A stretch of 64,000 nucleotides of DNA from an uncultured Verrucomicrobiae bacterium (GTDB lineage: Bacteria > Verrucomicrobiota > Verrucomicrobiia > Chthoniobacterales > JAATET01). Position numbers and translations under genes: made by a program. The stretch covers positions 320,001-384,000 of the forward strand of contig CAVRCI010000001.1 in the NCBI GenBank assembly GCA_963719495.1, in the 5' to 3' direction. Below, in pieces: positions 31,436-41,637 of this stretch; the stretch's first letter is position 1, and every line of letters starts with the position of its first letter. The notes under the pieces are model-generated. The model ran no database searches. It was given only the letters and a program-made list of their open reading frames with translations, and was not told the origin of the DNA.

Positions 31436-31929
31436 TGCAGACAAGAGGGCAAGATAACGTAAGGGGGAGAGGGGGAGATTCGTCCAAGCGACGCATCAAT
31501 TCTTTTCGGGACCTCAACGTGTGGAACAAATCGATGGACACCGCCATGGACGTCTTCGCCCTGACCCGACACTTCCCGCCCACCGAACGATACAGTTTAA
31601 CTGACCAAATTCGCCGCAGCTCCCGTTCAGTCCCAGCCAACATTAGCGAAGGCTGGCGCAAACGCCGTTACCCGCTCTCCTTCATCAGCAAACTGAACGA
31701 TGCCGAGGGCGAAGCCGCCGAAACTCAGACGCACATCGAGATTGCCTTCCGCTGCGACTACATCGACCAGTCAACTTTCTCGAAGATCGACCAAGCCTAC
31801 GAAGAAATTCTCGCCATGCTCACCAAGATGGTGACCAACGCAGATGATTGGACAATTCCGCAGGCCACCGCCCACAAATCAGTCTCCCCCTCTCGCCCTC
31901 GCGCCCTCTCGCCCTCTTCACAAAAATGA
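31435..31929 (+). CDS. Four-helix-bundle protein (23S rRNA-IVS protein / bAvd-like family)
   Basis: SFRDLNVW, FP..ERYSLTDQIRRSSRSVPANISEG, A.GEAAET.T. Confidence 0.92.
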   Translation: MQTRGQDNVRGRGGDSSKRRINSFRDLNVWNKSMDTAMDVFALTRHFPPTERYSLTDQIRRSSRSVPANISEGWRKRRYPLSFISKLNDAEGEAAETQTHIEIAFRCDYIDQSTFSKIDQAYEEILAMLTKMVTNADDWTIPQATAHKSVSPSRPRALSPSSQK

Positions 31930-33095
31930 AACCCGCCGCATTCATCCAACGCCACAGCATCACGATCCTGTCCTTCGGGATCGCGATCCTCGTCATGCTC
32001 GGTCTGGTCATGCTCTTCAGCACGAGCGCTTTCGCGCAACAGGCCCACGGCGACGTCTATTACTTCGTAAAGAAGCAGGCTTTCTGGCTTCTCATTTCGA
32101 TCTCGGCCCTCATCGCGGGAGCCGTCATCGACTACCATTGGTGGCAGAAGACGTGGTGGATTTGGTTCGCCGCCGCGATCCTCCTCCTCGCCGCCTGCTT
32201 CGCCCCGGGCATCGGCCGCAACATCAACGGCTCGAGCCGCTGGATCACCCTCGGCTTTGCCAACTTTCAACCCAGCGAATTAGCCAAGATCGCCGCCATC
32301 TTCTTCCTCGCCTTCTGGTATTCGAAGTATCAGCAAAAAAGCGCGACCCTGTTCATGGGCTTCGTCATCCCCGGCCTCGTCGTCGCCGTGCTCATGGCTC
32401 TCATCGTCATCGAGGTCGACCTCGGCGCGACCGCCCTCATCGGCGGCACGATGTTCGGCGTGATGTTCGTCGCCGGAGCCGGTCTTCGTTACCTCCTCCC
32501 GCTCGCGACCACCGGCCTCGTCGGCGTCCTCTACGTCGCGACCCACATCGAGGAGCGCAACGCCCGCCTCGTTGCCTTCCTCAACCCGGAAAATTTCAAA
32601 CTCACCGAAGGCCTCCAGCAATGGCAGGCCCTCATCGCCATCGGCTCCGGCGGACTCACCGGACTCGGCCTCGGCGAAGGACGGCAAAAATTCCTCTACC
32701 TTCCCGAGGCCCACACCGACTTCATCTTTCCGATGATCGGTGAAGAACTCGGCCTCTTCGCCAGCCTCGGCGTCGTCAGCATCTACCTCGTCATCTGCCT
32801 CTGCGGCTACCTCGTCGCGATGAACGCCAAAGACCGCTTCGGCCTCCTCGCCGGCTTCGGCATCATCACCGTCATCGCCCTCCAAGCCAGCGTGAACATC
32901 GGTGTCACCACCTCGCTCCTACCCAACAAAGGCATGCCGCTCCCCTTCATCAGCTTCGGCGGCTCGAACCTTCTCGTTTGTTTGTTCCTCACCGGAATTC
33001 TCATCAACATCCATCGCCACGGCCACCCCGTCGCCGCCGGCCCCGTCCGGCGTCAAGTCAGCCTCGCCGCCCGCACCACCACCCGCCGATTCTAA
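31926..33095 (+). CDS. ftsW: SEDS peptidoglycan polymerase
   Basis: NGSSRWI, FQPSELAK, LPEAHTDFIF, KGMPLPFISFGGS. Confidence 0.95.
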   Translation: MKPAAFIQRHSITILSFGIAILVMLGLVMLFSTSAFAQQAHGDVYYFVKKQAFWLLISISALIAGAVIDYHWWQKTWWIWFAAAILLLAACFAPGIGRNINGSSRWITLGFANFQPSELAKIAAIFFLAFWYSKYQQKSATLFMGFVIPGLVVAVLMALIVIEVDLGATALIGGTMFGVMFVAGAGLRYLLPLATTGLVGVLYVATHIEERNARLVAFLNPENFKLTEGLQQWQALIAIGSGGLTGLGLGEGRQKFLYLPEAHTDFIFPMIGEELGLFASLGVVSIYLVICLCGYLVAMNAKDRFGLLAGFGIITVIALQASVNIGVTTSLLPNKGMPLPFISFGGSNLLVCLFLTGILINIHRHGHPVAAGPVRRQVSLAARTTTRRF

Positions 33096-33129
33096 TGATT
33101 ACCTTTTGCTTCAACGTTCCGAAACGACC

Positions 33130-34218
33130 ATGCGCGTAGTCATCGCCTGCGGCGGCACCGGCGGCCACCTTTTCCCCGGCCTCGCCGTCGCCCAAACTCT
33201 CAAGGACCGCGGCCACGAGATCCTCCTCCTCGTGTCCGAAAAGCCCATCGACGCCCAGGCCCTCAAGGCCCACCCGGACTTCCGCGCGGAAAAACTCCCC
33301 TCCGTCGGCCTCCCGTCCATCCTATCACCGGCCTTCATCCGCTTCCTCGGTCGCACCTGGGAAAGCATGTCCCAGTGCAAGGGCATCTATCGGAAATTCA
33401 AGCCCGACGCCGTCCTCGGCATGGGCGGATTCACCTCCAGCGCCCCCCTGCTCGCCGCTTGGCGCGGAAAAATACCCACCTTCATCCACGAATCGAATTC
33501 GATTCCCGGCAAAGCCAACAAATACGCCGCCCGCATCGTCGACCACGTCCTCCTCGGCTTCGAAGCCTGCCGCGCCCAGTTTCCCAACGCCCACTGCGAA
33601 GTCACCGGCACCCCCGTCCGCCAGGACCTCGGCTCCCCCCTCGACCGAGCCACCGCCCTCGCCGCCTTCGACCTCGACCCCGCCAAACGCACCCTCCTCG
33701 TCATGGGCGGCAGCCAGGGCGCGACCGGCATCAACCAACTCCTCTTCAAAGTCGCCCCGCACCTCGCGGGCAAAGACATCCAGCTCATCCACCTCACCGG
33801 CGAGCGCGACGACCGCCTCGCCGCCGCGAACTACCTCCGCGAAGGCGTCCCCGCCTACGTCTCCCCGTTTCACCACAAGATGCAGGAAGCCTACTCCGCC
33901 GCGGACCTCGTCATCTCGCGAGCCGGAGCCGCCAGCCTCTCCGAGCTCTCCCACTTCGGCCTCCCCCTCCTCCTCATCCCCTACCCCTTCGCCGCCGAAA
34001 ATCATCAAGAACTTAACGCCGACATCTACGTCGAAGCCGGAGCCGCCGAAAAATTTCTCGAGTCCAAAGCCAACCCCGACACCATCGCCGCAAGAATCAC
34101 AACGCTGCTAACGAACGAACCAGAAAGATCCGAAATGGCGAGTAAGTCAAAAGCCCTGGCCCCCACCCAAGCCGCCGCCAAAGTAGCCAACGCCATCGAG
34201 GAGAGTCTTAAGGATTAA
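33130..34218 (+). CDS. murG: Lipid II GlcNAc transferase
   Basis: GGTGGHLFPG, HESN, GGSQGA, SRAGA. Confidence 0.96.
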   Translation: MRVVIACGGTGGHLFPGLAVAQTLKDRGHEILLLVSEKPIDAQALKAHPDFRAEKLPSVGLPSILSPAFIRFLGRTWESMSQCKGIYRKFKPDAVLGMGGFTSSAPLLAAWRGKIPTFIHESNSIPGKANKYAARIVDHVLLGFEACRAQFPNAHCEVTGTPVRQDLGSPLDRATALAAFDLDPAKRTLLVMGGSQGATGINQLLFKVAPHLAGKDIQLIHLTGERDDRLAAANYLREGVPAYVSPFHHKMQEAYSAADLVISRAGAASLSELSHFGLPLLLIPYPFAAENHQELNADIYVEAGAAEKFLESKANPDTIAARITTLLTNEPERSEMASKSKALAPTQAAAKVANAIEESLKD

Positions 34219-34334
34219 GTTTAAAGAATTAAGCATTCAACAACCAACCCAACCCCCATCCAAACGCCAAAAACCACCTCACCACTTAATTCTTAAAACT
34301 TGATTCTTAATTCTTAAAACTCCCACCTGCCACC

Positions 34335-36770
34335 GTGACAATCAACCCGACCAACCTCCTGACCGCGTCCTCAGCGCACCGCATCCACCTCATAGGAGTG
34401 GCGGGCAGCGGCATGAGCGGCATCGCCGCCCTCGCGTTGGCGTTGGGTCACCGCGTCAGCGGCTCCGACAAAGTCACCACGAAGGAAGTCGCCCGCCTGC
34501 AAAAGAAAGGCCTCGATTTCCACACCCCCCACGCCGCCCACCAAGTCCAGGACGCCGACCTCGTCATCTACAGCTCCGCCATCAAACCCGGCAACCCAGC
34601 CTTCGACGAAGCCCGTCGCCTCGACAAGCCGATGATCCGCCGAGCCGACGCCCTCGCCGCCATCATGGCCGCCAAGCAAGGCATCGTCGTCAGCGGCATG
34701 CACGGCAAGACGACCACCTCGGCCATGGCTGCCCACGTCCTCCGATCCTGCGGCTTCAAACCCTCCCACTACGTCGGCGCGGAAATCCCCATCCTCGGCA
34801 CCAACGCCCGCTGGGATTCCGAAGGCGACCTCTTCGTCGCGGAGGGCGACGAAAGCGATGGCACCCTCATCAATTACCACCCCCACCACACCATCGTCCT
34901 CAACGTCGAACCCGAGCACCTCGACTTCTACAAGGACCTCGCCGCCATCGACGCCGTCTACACCCGCCTCCTCAACCAGACTTCCCACCACATCTTTTAC
35001 TGCGCCGACGACGAGGGAGCCACCCGCCTCTGCGCCCCCTACGACCGCGCCATCGGCTACGGAGCCAGCGCCAATGCCCGCTACCGGCTCACCGACCTGC
35101 ACACCGCCAACTTCTGCTCGAAATTTTCCGTCACCCGCGACGGCGAACCGCTCGGCGAATTCGAACTCAACGTCCCCGGCGCGCACAACGCCACCAACGC
35201 ACTCGCCGTCATCGCCCTCGCCACCGAACTCGGCGCCGACCGCGACGCCATCGCCGCCGCCCTGACGACGTTCCGCGGTGCCCGCCGCCGCTTCGAGATC
35301 AAATACCAGTCCGACCGCAACCTCCTCGTCGACGACTACGGCCACCACCCCACCGAGATCGCCGCCACCCTCGCCACCGCCCGCACCGGCGGCTGGAAAC
35401 GCACCCTCGTGATGTTCCAGCCCCACCGCTACTCCCGCACCGTCGCGCTCAAGGATCAATTCGGACCCGCCTTCCGCGATTCAGATTCCGTCGTCATCGC
35501 CGACGTCTACCCCGCCAGCGAGCGACCCATCCCCGGCATCTCCGGTCTCACCGTCGCCGAATCCCTCACCGCCGCCGGCCACCCGTCCGTCCGCTTCCAA
35601 CCCGAAATGATCCAGGTTCCCTGGGAAATCGGACCGCAAATCCGCGACGGCGACCTCATTCTAAGCTTGGGCGCCGGCAACATCCACGAAGCCGGCACCC
35701 AGCTCACAGCCGACCTCATTCTCCGCGACAAACTCCAGACCCTCATCGGCCCCGGCACCGTCCGCCTCTACGAACCTCTCTCCAAACACACCACCATCAA
35801 AATCGGCGGCCCCGCCCAATTCTGGGTCGAACCCGAAACCGAAGAAGGCTTCGCCGACCTCGTCCAGCACTGCTTCGACACCGCCATCCCGTTCATGGTC
35901 ATCGGCCGCGGCAGCAACCTCCTCGTCCGCGACGGCGGCATCCCCGGCGTCGTCGCCCACCTGTCAAAGGGCGAATTCGCCCACCACAGCCTCGACGGTG
36001 ACACCATCACCGCCGGAGTCGGGGTAAAGTTCAAACAACTCGCCGCCATTGCAAAGAACGCCCACCTCGGCGGCTTCGAATGGATGGAAGGCATCCCCGG
36101 CAACGTCGGCGGCGGCCTCCGCATGAACGCCGGAGCCATGGGCATCCAGACCTTCGACCAGGTCCTGCGCGTCCGCACCTGCGACGAAGACGGCAACATC
36201 GTCACCCGCACCCCCGCTGAAATGAACGTCGCCTACCGCCACGTCGATTCCCTCACCACGAACTACGCCCTCTCCGCCGTCTTCACCGGAGCCACCGCAC
36301 CCCGCGAAGAAATCGAGACAAAGCTAGCCGCATCCGAATCCCACCGACGCGAAAGCCAGCCCATCGCCGCCTGCGCCGGCTGCATCTTCAAAAACCCAAA
36401 AGAGATCCCCGCCGGCAAACTCATCGACGAACTCGGCTTCAAAAACTTCACCGTCGGCCACGCGAGGGTCAGCGAAGTCCACGGCAACTTCATCGTCAAC
36501 GACGGCGGAGCCACCGCCGAAGAAGTCCTAACCCTAATCGAAGAAATCACCGCCGCCGCCAAAAGAGACCGAAACATCGACCTCCAAACCGAAGTCCAAA
36601 TAGTAGGCCAAGACCAAGGGTGCGCCAGCACCCCGGGGACCGCGAGCTTCCCGGGGACCGCGAGCTTCCCGGGGACCGCGAGCTTCCTGGGGACCGCGAG
36701 CTTCCAGCTCGCCCCGACGGGCTTCCAGCCCGTCGGCCCCACCCAAATCGAGCAAAGCGAGATCAAATAA
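34335..36770 (+). CDS. murC: Fused MurC-MurB
   Basis: N-terminal IGVAGSGMS, HGKTTT, EGDESD, DDYGHHPTEI; C-terminal GRGSNLL, GIPGNVGG..MNAGA, GCIFKNP, HGNFIVN. Confidence 0.95.
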   Translation: MTINPTNLLTASSAHRIHLIGVAGSGMSGIAALALALGHRVSGSDKVTTKEVARLQKKGLDFHTPHAAHQVQDADLVIYSSAIKPGNPAFDEARRLDKPMIRRADALAAIMAAKQGIVVSGMHGKTTTSAMAAHVLRSCGFKPSHYVGAEIPILGTNARWDSEGDLFVAEGDESDGTLINYHPHHTIVLNVEPEHLDFYKDLAAIDAVYTRLLNQTSHHIFYCADDEGATRLCAPYDRAIGYGASANARYRLTDLHTANFCSKFSVTRDGEPLGEFELNVPGAHNATNALAVIALATELGADRDAIAAALTTFRGARRRFEIKYQSDRNLLVDDYGHHPTEIAATLATARTGGWKRTLVMFQPHRYSRTVALKDQFGPAFRDSDSVVIADVYPASERPIPGISGLTVAESLTAAGHPSVRFQPEMIQVPWEIGPQIRDGDLILSLGAGNIHEAGTQLTADLILRDKLQTLIGPGTVRLYEPLSKHTTIKIGGPAQFWVEPETEEGFADLVQHCFDTAIPFMVIGRGSNLLVRDGGIPGVVAHLSKGEFAHHSLDGDTITAGVGVKFKQLAAIAKNAHLGGFEWMEGIPGNVGGGLRMNAGAMGIQTFDQVLRVRTCDEDGNIVTRTPAEMNVAYRHVDSLTTNYALSAVFTGATAPREEIETKLAASESHRRESQPIAACAGCIFKNPKEIPAGKLIDELGFKNFTVGHARVSEVHGNFIVNDGGATAEEVLTLIEEITAAAKRDRNIDLQTEVQIVGQDQGCASTPGTASFPGTASFPGTASFLGTASFQLAPTGFQPVGPTQIEQSEIK
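36631..36740 (+). repeat. Tandem 18-bp REP-derived repeat inside the murCB 3' end
   Basis: (C[C/T]GGGGACCGCGAGCTTC)x4 followed by CAGCTCGC and the hairpin CCGACGGGCTTCCAGCCCGTCGG; encodes (PGTASF)x3 plus LGTASF. Confidence 0.9.
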
Positions 36771-36780
36771 ACCAAGCAAG

Positions 36781-37719
36781 ATGACCGAAAACCCACCAAC
36801 CCTATCCACCAAAAAAATCGCCGTCCTCCAAGGCGGCCCCGGAGCCGAGCGCGAAGTCTCCCTGCGCTCCGCCGCCGCCGTCACCCGCGCCCTCAAATCC
36901 CTCGGAGCCCAAGTCACGCCCGTCGACGTCCACGACGCCACCTTCACCCTCCCCGAGGACACCGACCTCGCCTTCAACATGATCCACGGCACCTTCGGCG
37001 AAGACGGCCAGATCCAGGCCATCCTCGACGAGCGCGGCATCCCCTACACCGGAGAAAACGCCGCCAATAGCCGCACCGCCTTCGACAAAATCGCCAGCAA
37101 GCGAGCCTTCGAAGCCGCCGGTGTCCCCACCGCCAAGTGGCAGGTCATCAAAGACGGTGAGCGACCCACCCTCCCCGTCCCCCTCGTCGCCAAGCCCCCC
37201 CGCGAAGGCTCCAGCGTCGGCGTCCACATCGTCAAAGACACCAACGACCTCCAGACCGCCCTTGACGACTGCTTCGCCCGCGACGGCGAAGTCCTCATCG
37301 AAGAATTCATCGCCGGCCGTGAACTCACCGTCGGCATCGTCGGCGACGAAGCCCTCCCCATCGTCGAAATCGTCCCCAAGGTCGACTTCTACAACTACGA
37401 AAACAAATACACCGCCGGCGCCTCCGAATACACCTGCCCCGCCGCGCTCCCCGCCGACACCACCGGCCGCGTCAAAGCCGCCGCCCTCGCCGCCCACCGC
37501 TCCCTCGGCCTCCAAGTCTATTCCCGGGTCGACGTCCTGCTCGACACCAACGAGAACCCCTACGTCCTCGAGGTGAATACCATTCCGGGCATGACCGAAA
37601 CCTCCCTCCTCCCCAAGTCCGCCGCCGCCGAGGGAATCACGTTTCCTCAGCTCTGCGAAAAAATCGCCTCACTCTCCCTGGCGAAGCCAGCCGCATCGCC
37701 AATCACCAACAACCAATAA
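36781..37719 (+). CDS. ddl: D-Ala-D-Ala ligase
   Basis: GG..AEREVS, HGTFGEDG, EGSSVG, EVNTIPGMT. Confidence 0.96.
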   Translation: MTENPPTLSTKKIAVLQGGPGAEREVSLRSAAAVTRALKSLGAQVTPVDVHDATFTLPEDTDLAFNMIHGTFGEDGQIQAILDERGIPYTGENAANSRTAFDKIASKRAFEAAGVPTAKWQVIKDGERPTLPVPLVAKPPREGSSVGVHIVKDTNDLQTALDDCFARDGEVLIEEFIAGRELTVGIVGDEALPIVEIVPKVDFYNYENKYTAGASEYTCPAALPADTTGRVKAAALAAHRSLGLQVYSRVDVLLDTNENPYVLEVNTIPGMTETSLLPKSAAAEGITFPQLCEKIASLSLAKPAASPITNNQ

Positions 37720-37738
37720 CCATCAACATTCCAACAAG

Positions 37739-38680
37739 GTGACTAAACGCCGCACCGCCGCCACCACCGCCAAGACGCCGCCCAACCGCCGCGCCGCGCG
37801 CCCGCGCAGCCAGCGCACGAGCAACCACCTGCTCGACGTCCGAGTCCGCCGCTCCACCGCCACCCGCGCCCGCAACCGCCGCGTCACCCGCTTCGTCGTC
37901 CGCGCACTCCTCCTCCTCACCACCGCCGCCGCCCTCTATTTCGGCTACAACGCCGTCACCGAGAAATTCTTCCTCGCTAACCCCGAATACAACCTCCGCA
38001 CCGTCGACGCCGACACCGAAGGTCTCATGTCCACCGACGAAGTCCTCGACCTCGCCGGCGTCACCCTCGGCACCAACATCTTCAAGATCGACATCGGCGC
38101 CGCCGAGCGCGCCCTCCGCGCCATCGACCAGCTCGACACCGTCCGCATCGAACGCCGCTGGCCCGACACCCTCTCCATCCTCGCCACCAAGCGCCACCCC
38201 GTCGCCTGGCTCGCTCGCGCGAACACCGACGCCTTCTCCGCCGACAACGCCCTCCTCGTCGACGCCGCCGGTCGCACCATTCGCCCCTACCGCATCGAGT
38301 CCGACTACTGGCACCTCCCCATCATCTACTGCGCCGACCCCAGCCTCATCAAAACGCGCGACCCCCTTGCCGCCTCCGATCTCGGAGCCGCCCTCGACAT
38401 CATCAGCGTCAATCAACAAACCCCCGACTCCCTCCTCAAGATTCGAGCGCTCGACATCACCCGAGGCTACGCCATCGAAGTCACCAACGAGGCCAAAGCC
38501 ACCATCCTCTTCGATCCCAAAAACCCCATCGAACAACTCGAGCGCCTCCAAAAACTCCTCGCCCACTGCGCCACCACCGGGCGCCAACTCGAAAGCGTCA
38601 ACCTCATCCCCACCAAATACACCCCCGTCCAGTTCACCATGGCCGCCAACGCCACGCCCACCCCCCGCCCAAGCAATTAA
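37739..38680 (+). CDS. ftsQ: FtsQ/DivIB
   Basis: TM plus POTRA domain (ERRWPDTL.I..TKRHPVA), between ddl and ftsA. Confidence 0.85.
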   Translation: MTKRRTAATTAKTPPNRRAARPRSQRTSNHLLDVRVRRSTATRARNRRVTRFVVRALLLLTTAAALYFGYNAVTEKFFLANPEYNLRTVDADTEGLMSTDEVLDLAGVTLGTNIFKIDIGAAERALRAIDQLDTVRIERRWPDTLSILATKRHPVAWLARANTDAFSADNALLVDAAGRTIRPYRIESDYWHLPIIYCADPSLIKTRDPLAASDLGAALDIISVNQQTPDSLLKIRALDITRGYAIEVTNEAKATILFDPKNPIEQLERLQKLLAHCATTGRQLESVNLIPTKYTPVQFTMAANATPTPRPSN

Positions 38681-38735
38681 CGCCCGCGCCGCTCACCCAC
38701 CAATCACCATTCACCCCTCACCAATCACCAGCTAA

Positions 38736-39953
38736 ATGCGCTCCCCGCTCATCGTCGGACTCGAAATCGGCACCACGAAAGTCTGCGCCGTCGTCGGCGA
38801 AACCCGCCCCGACGGAGCCCTCCGCATCCTCGGAGTCGGCGAATGCAAATCCGCCGGCATCCGCAAAGGCGAGATCGTCGACTTTGCCGGAGCCGTCGGC
38901 TGCGTCCGCGAAGCCATCGCCGAAGCCGAGGAAAAAGCCGACGCCGAGATCGGCAGCGTCTGGGTCGCCGTCACCGGCTCCCACATTCAATCCTTCAACA
39001 ACCGCGGCGTCACCCAGATCCCCGAAGACCGCGGCGAAATCGACGAAGAGGACATCGCCGACGTCGAATCCAGCGCCAAGGAAGTCAGCATCCCCGACCA
39101 GAACTGGTTTATCCACACCATCCTCCAGCACTACTACGTCGACAAACAGGAAGGCGTCCTCAGCCCCGTCGGCATGCTCGGCAGCAAACTCGAAGCGGAC
39201 TTCCACATCGTCCACGGCATCAAAACGCGCGTGCAAAATACCCTCCGCTGCGTCACCGACGCCGAAGCCGAAGTCGAAGACGTCGTCATCAACTCCCTCG
39301 CCGCCGCCCAGGTCGTCCTCGACCAAAACCAAAAAGACCTCGGAGCCCTCGTCATCGACATCGGCGGCGGCACCACCGACTACATCGTTTACCTCGACGG
39401 AGCCGTCCGCCACTCCGGCGTCCTCGCCATCGGCGGCGACCACATCACCAACGACATCTCCATCGGCCTCCGCATCCCCATCGCCCGAGCCGAACGCCTG
39501 AAAGTCGAAGAAGGCAGCGCCCAAGTCGATGACGCCATCCCCGGCGAAACCATCATCCTCAAAAACGACTCCGGCTTCTCCGGCTGCGAAATCGAGCGAG
39601 CCAGTCTCTACCAAATCATCGACGCGAGAATCCGCGAACTCTTCCACTTGGTGAGAAGAGACTGCGACGCCCACTGCGACTTGAACATGATCCGAGCCGG
39701 AGTCTTCCTGACCGGTGGCTGCTCCCTCCTCCAAGGCCTCCCAAGGGTAGCCGAGGAAGTCTTCGACATGCCCGTCCAAGCGGCAATCGCGCAGGAAGTC
39801 GCCGGCCCCACGTCCGTCTTCCAAAACCCCCGCTACGCCACCGCGATCGGCGTGGTCAAGTATGCCCAGCTCATGGCCGTAACCCCCGAGCCAACCTCCC
39901 TCTTCGGCAACTTCGGAAAAAAAGTCGGAGGCCTCTTCGGCAGAAAGCGGTAG
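38736..39953 (+). CDS. ftsA: Cell division protein FtsA
   Basis: GLEIGTTKV, IDIGGGTTD, LTGGCS, PRYATAIG. Confidence 0.95.
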   Translation: MRSPLIVGLEIGTTKVCAVVGETRPDGALRILGVGECKSAGIRKGEIVDFAGAVGCVREAIAEAEEKADAEIGSVWVAVTGSHIQSFNNRGVTQIPEDRGEIDEEDIADVESSAKEVSIPDQNWFIHTILQHYYVDKQEGVLSPVGMLGSKLEADFHIVHGIKTRVQNTLRCVTDAEAEVEDVVINSLAAAQVVLDQNQKDLGALVIDIGGGTTDYIVYLDGAVRHSGVLAIGGDHITNDISIGLRIPIARAERLKVEEGSAQVDDAIPGETIILKNDSGFSGCEIERASLYQIIDARIRELFHLVRRDCDAHCDLNMIRAGVFLTGGCSLLQGLPRVAEEVFDMPVQAAIAQEVAGPTSVFQNPRYATAIGVVKYAQLMAVTPEPTSLFGNFGKKVGGLFGRKR

Positions 39954-40116
39954 CAAAGCCAAACCAAAGGTAGGGAAGCCGCGCCGCCGGGTTCCCACTT
40001 CCAAACGACGAGAAGATTCAGACATCCCCACCAACCGCCGCCGAACCCAAGAGCAGAGCCATCCAACCCTTTCACTCCTTTGCGCCCTTAGCGACCTTCT
40101 GTTCAAAAATCATATC

Positions 40117-41442
40117 ATGATCGAACTCGCAACAGCAACCCTCAACCGCACCCCCCCCACCCCACCCCGCGTCCTCGTCCTCGGAGTCGGCAACGCCGGC
40201 GTCACCCTCGCCGACCGTCTCATCCTCGCCGGCTGCACCGACCACGCCACCATCGCCGCCGTCAACACCGACAGCACCTCCCTCGACGCCTCCGTCGCCG
40301 ACACCCGCCTCCTCATCGGCTCGAAAACCGCGCGTGGCCTCGGAGCCGGCGGCGATCCCGACCTCGGCCACGACGCCGCCACCGAATCCCTCGACGAACT
40401 CACCACCCTCCTCGGCGACGCCCAAGTCGTCATCCTCTGCGCCGGCCTCGGCGGCGGAGTCGGCAGCGGTGCCCTCCCCCTCATCGCCGAGACCGCCCGC
40501 CGGCAAAACGCCCACGTCCTCGCCGTCTGCACCCGCCCCTTCACCTTCGAAGGCAAACGCCGCACCCAGCAAGCCGCCACCGCCATCGACGCCCTCACCC
40601 AGCACACCGACGCCCTCTTCTTCTTCGACAACGACCGCATGGCCGAACTCGCGGAACCCCTCTCCGGCGTCCACGAGACCTTCTCCGCCTCCGACGAACT
40701 CATCTCCGCCAACGTCGCCGCCCTCCTCCGCCTCACCCGCTCCAGCGGCCCCATCCACGTCTCCCTCGGCGACCTCATCGCCCTCTTCCAAGGACCCGCC
40801 GACACCTGCGCCTTCGGATCCGGCACCGCCACCGGCCGCAACCGAGCCAACGAAGCCGTCGAGCTGGCCCTAAAGAACCCCATGCTCGACCGAGGCAACC
40901 TCCTCGCCCAAGCCCGCACCGCCCTCCTCCGCATCGAAGGCCCCGCCGACCTCCGCTTCATCGAAGTCCAAGCCATGATGCAATCCCTCACCCGCCACCT
41001 CGCGGAAGACTGCACCCTCAACTTCGCCGTGGAAACCACCCCCGAAGAAAACACCCCGGTCACCGTCTCCATCCTCGCAACCCTCGGCCAGCGCCCCGCC
41101 AAGCCACCAGAATCAGCCCCCGCTCCCGCACCCAAAGCCGAGCAGCTCGCACCGACGCCGCCGCCGACCGCGGACCCCGTCCCAGTCGAACAAATCGAAG
41201 TCCCGGACCCAACCCCGGTAGCCCAAGCCACCCCAGCCCCGACCGACGACACCGAACTCTTCGACACCGACCCCTTCACGATCCCCAAGACTCCCACGTC
41301 CAAAAAGACGAAGCCAAAGCAGGAAACTCTCAGCCTGGACACCGGAAGCCGAGGCCGCTTCGACAAAAGCGAACCCACGATCGTCGGAGGAGAAGACTTG
41401 GACGTCCCCACCTTCATCCGCCAAAAAATCCGACTCTCCTAA
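40117..41442 (+). CDS. ftsZ: Divergent FtsZ
   Basis: LGVGNAG, NTD, GLGAGG.P..G, AGLGGGVGSG, PFTFEG, C-terminal EDLDVPTFIR. Confidence 0.88.
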   Translation: MIELATATLNRTPPTPPRVLVLGVGNAGVTLADRLILAGCTDHATIAAVNTDSTSLDASVADTRLLIGSKTARGLGAGGDPDLGHDAATESLDELTTLLGDAQVVILCAGLGGGVGSGALPLIAETARRQNAHVLAVCTRPFTFEGKRRTQQAATAIDALTQHTDALFFFDNDRMAELAEPLSGVHETFSASDELISANVAALLRLTRSSGPIHVSLGDLIALFQGPADTCAFGSGTATGRNRANEAVELALKNPMLDRGNLLAQARTALLRIEGPADLRFIEVQAMMQSLTRHLAEDCTLNFAVETTPEENTPVTVSILATLGQRPAKPPESAPAPAPKAEQLAPTPPPTADPVPVEQIEVPDPTPVAQATPAPTDDTELFDTDPFTIPKTPTSKKTKPKQETLSLDTGSRGRFDKSEPTIVGGEDLDVPTFIRQKIRLS

Positions 41443-41637
41443 GGCATTCGCCACCCGTGAAACCGGGTTGCCTTCGGCGGTCTCCGCTCCGCTCCGGCTC
41501 CAGCCGATCACCATCCAAAAATCGGCTGAAAGCCGATTCCATTCGAAGTCAGAAAGGCCCGATCCAACGAGGCCCCAGGCTGCGCCCCCACAACCCATTT
41601 CTCATTCCTCATTTCAAATTTCTCATTTCTTATAAAG

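Noticed and set aside
31435..31929. Diversity-generating retroelement (Avd-like gene)
   Set aside because: No reverse transcriptase or TR/VR pair visible in the window
34335..36770. MurC-MurB fusion as a novelty
   Set aside because: Already described in Verrucomicrobia
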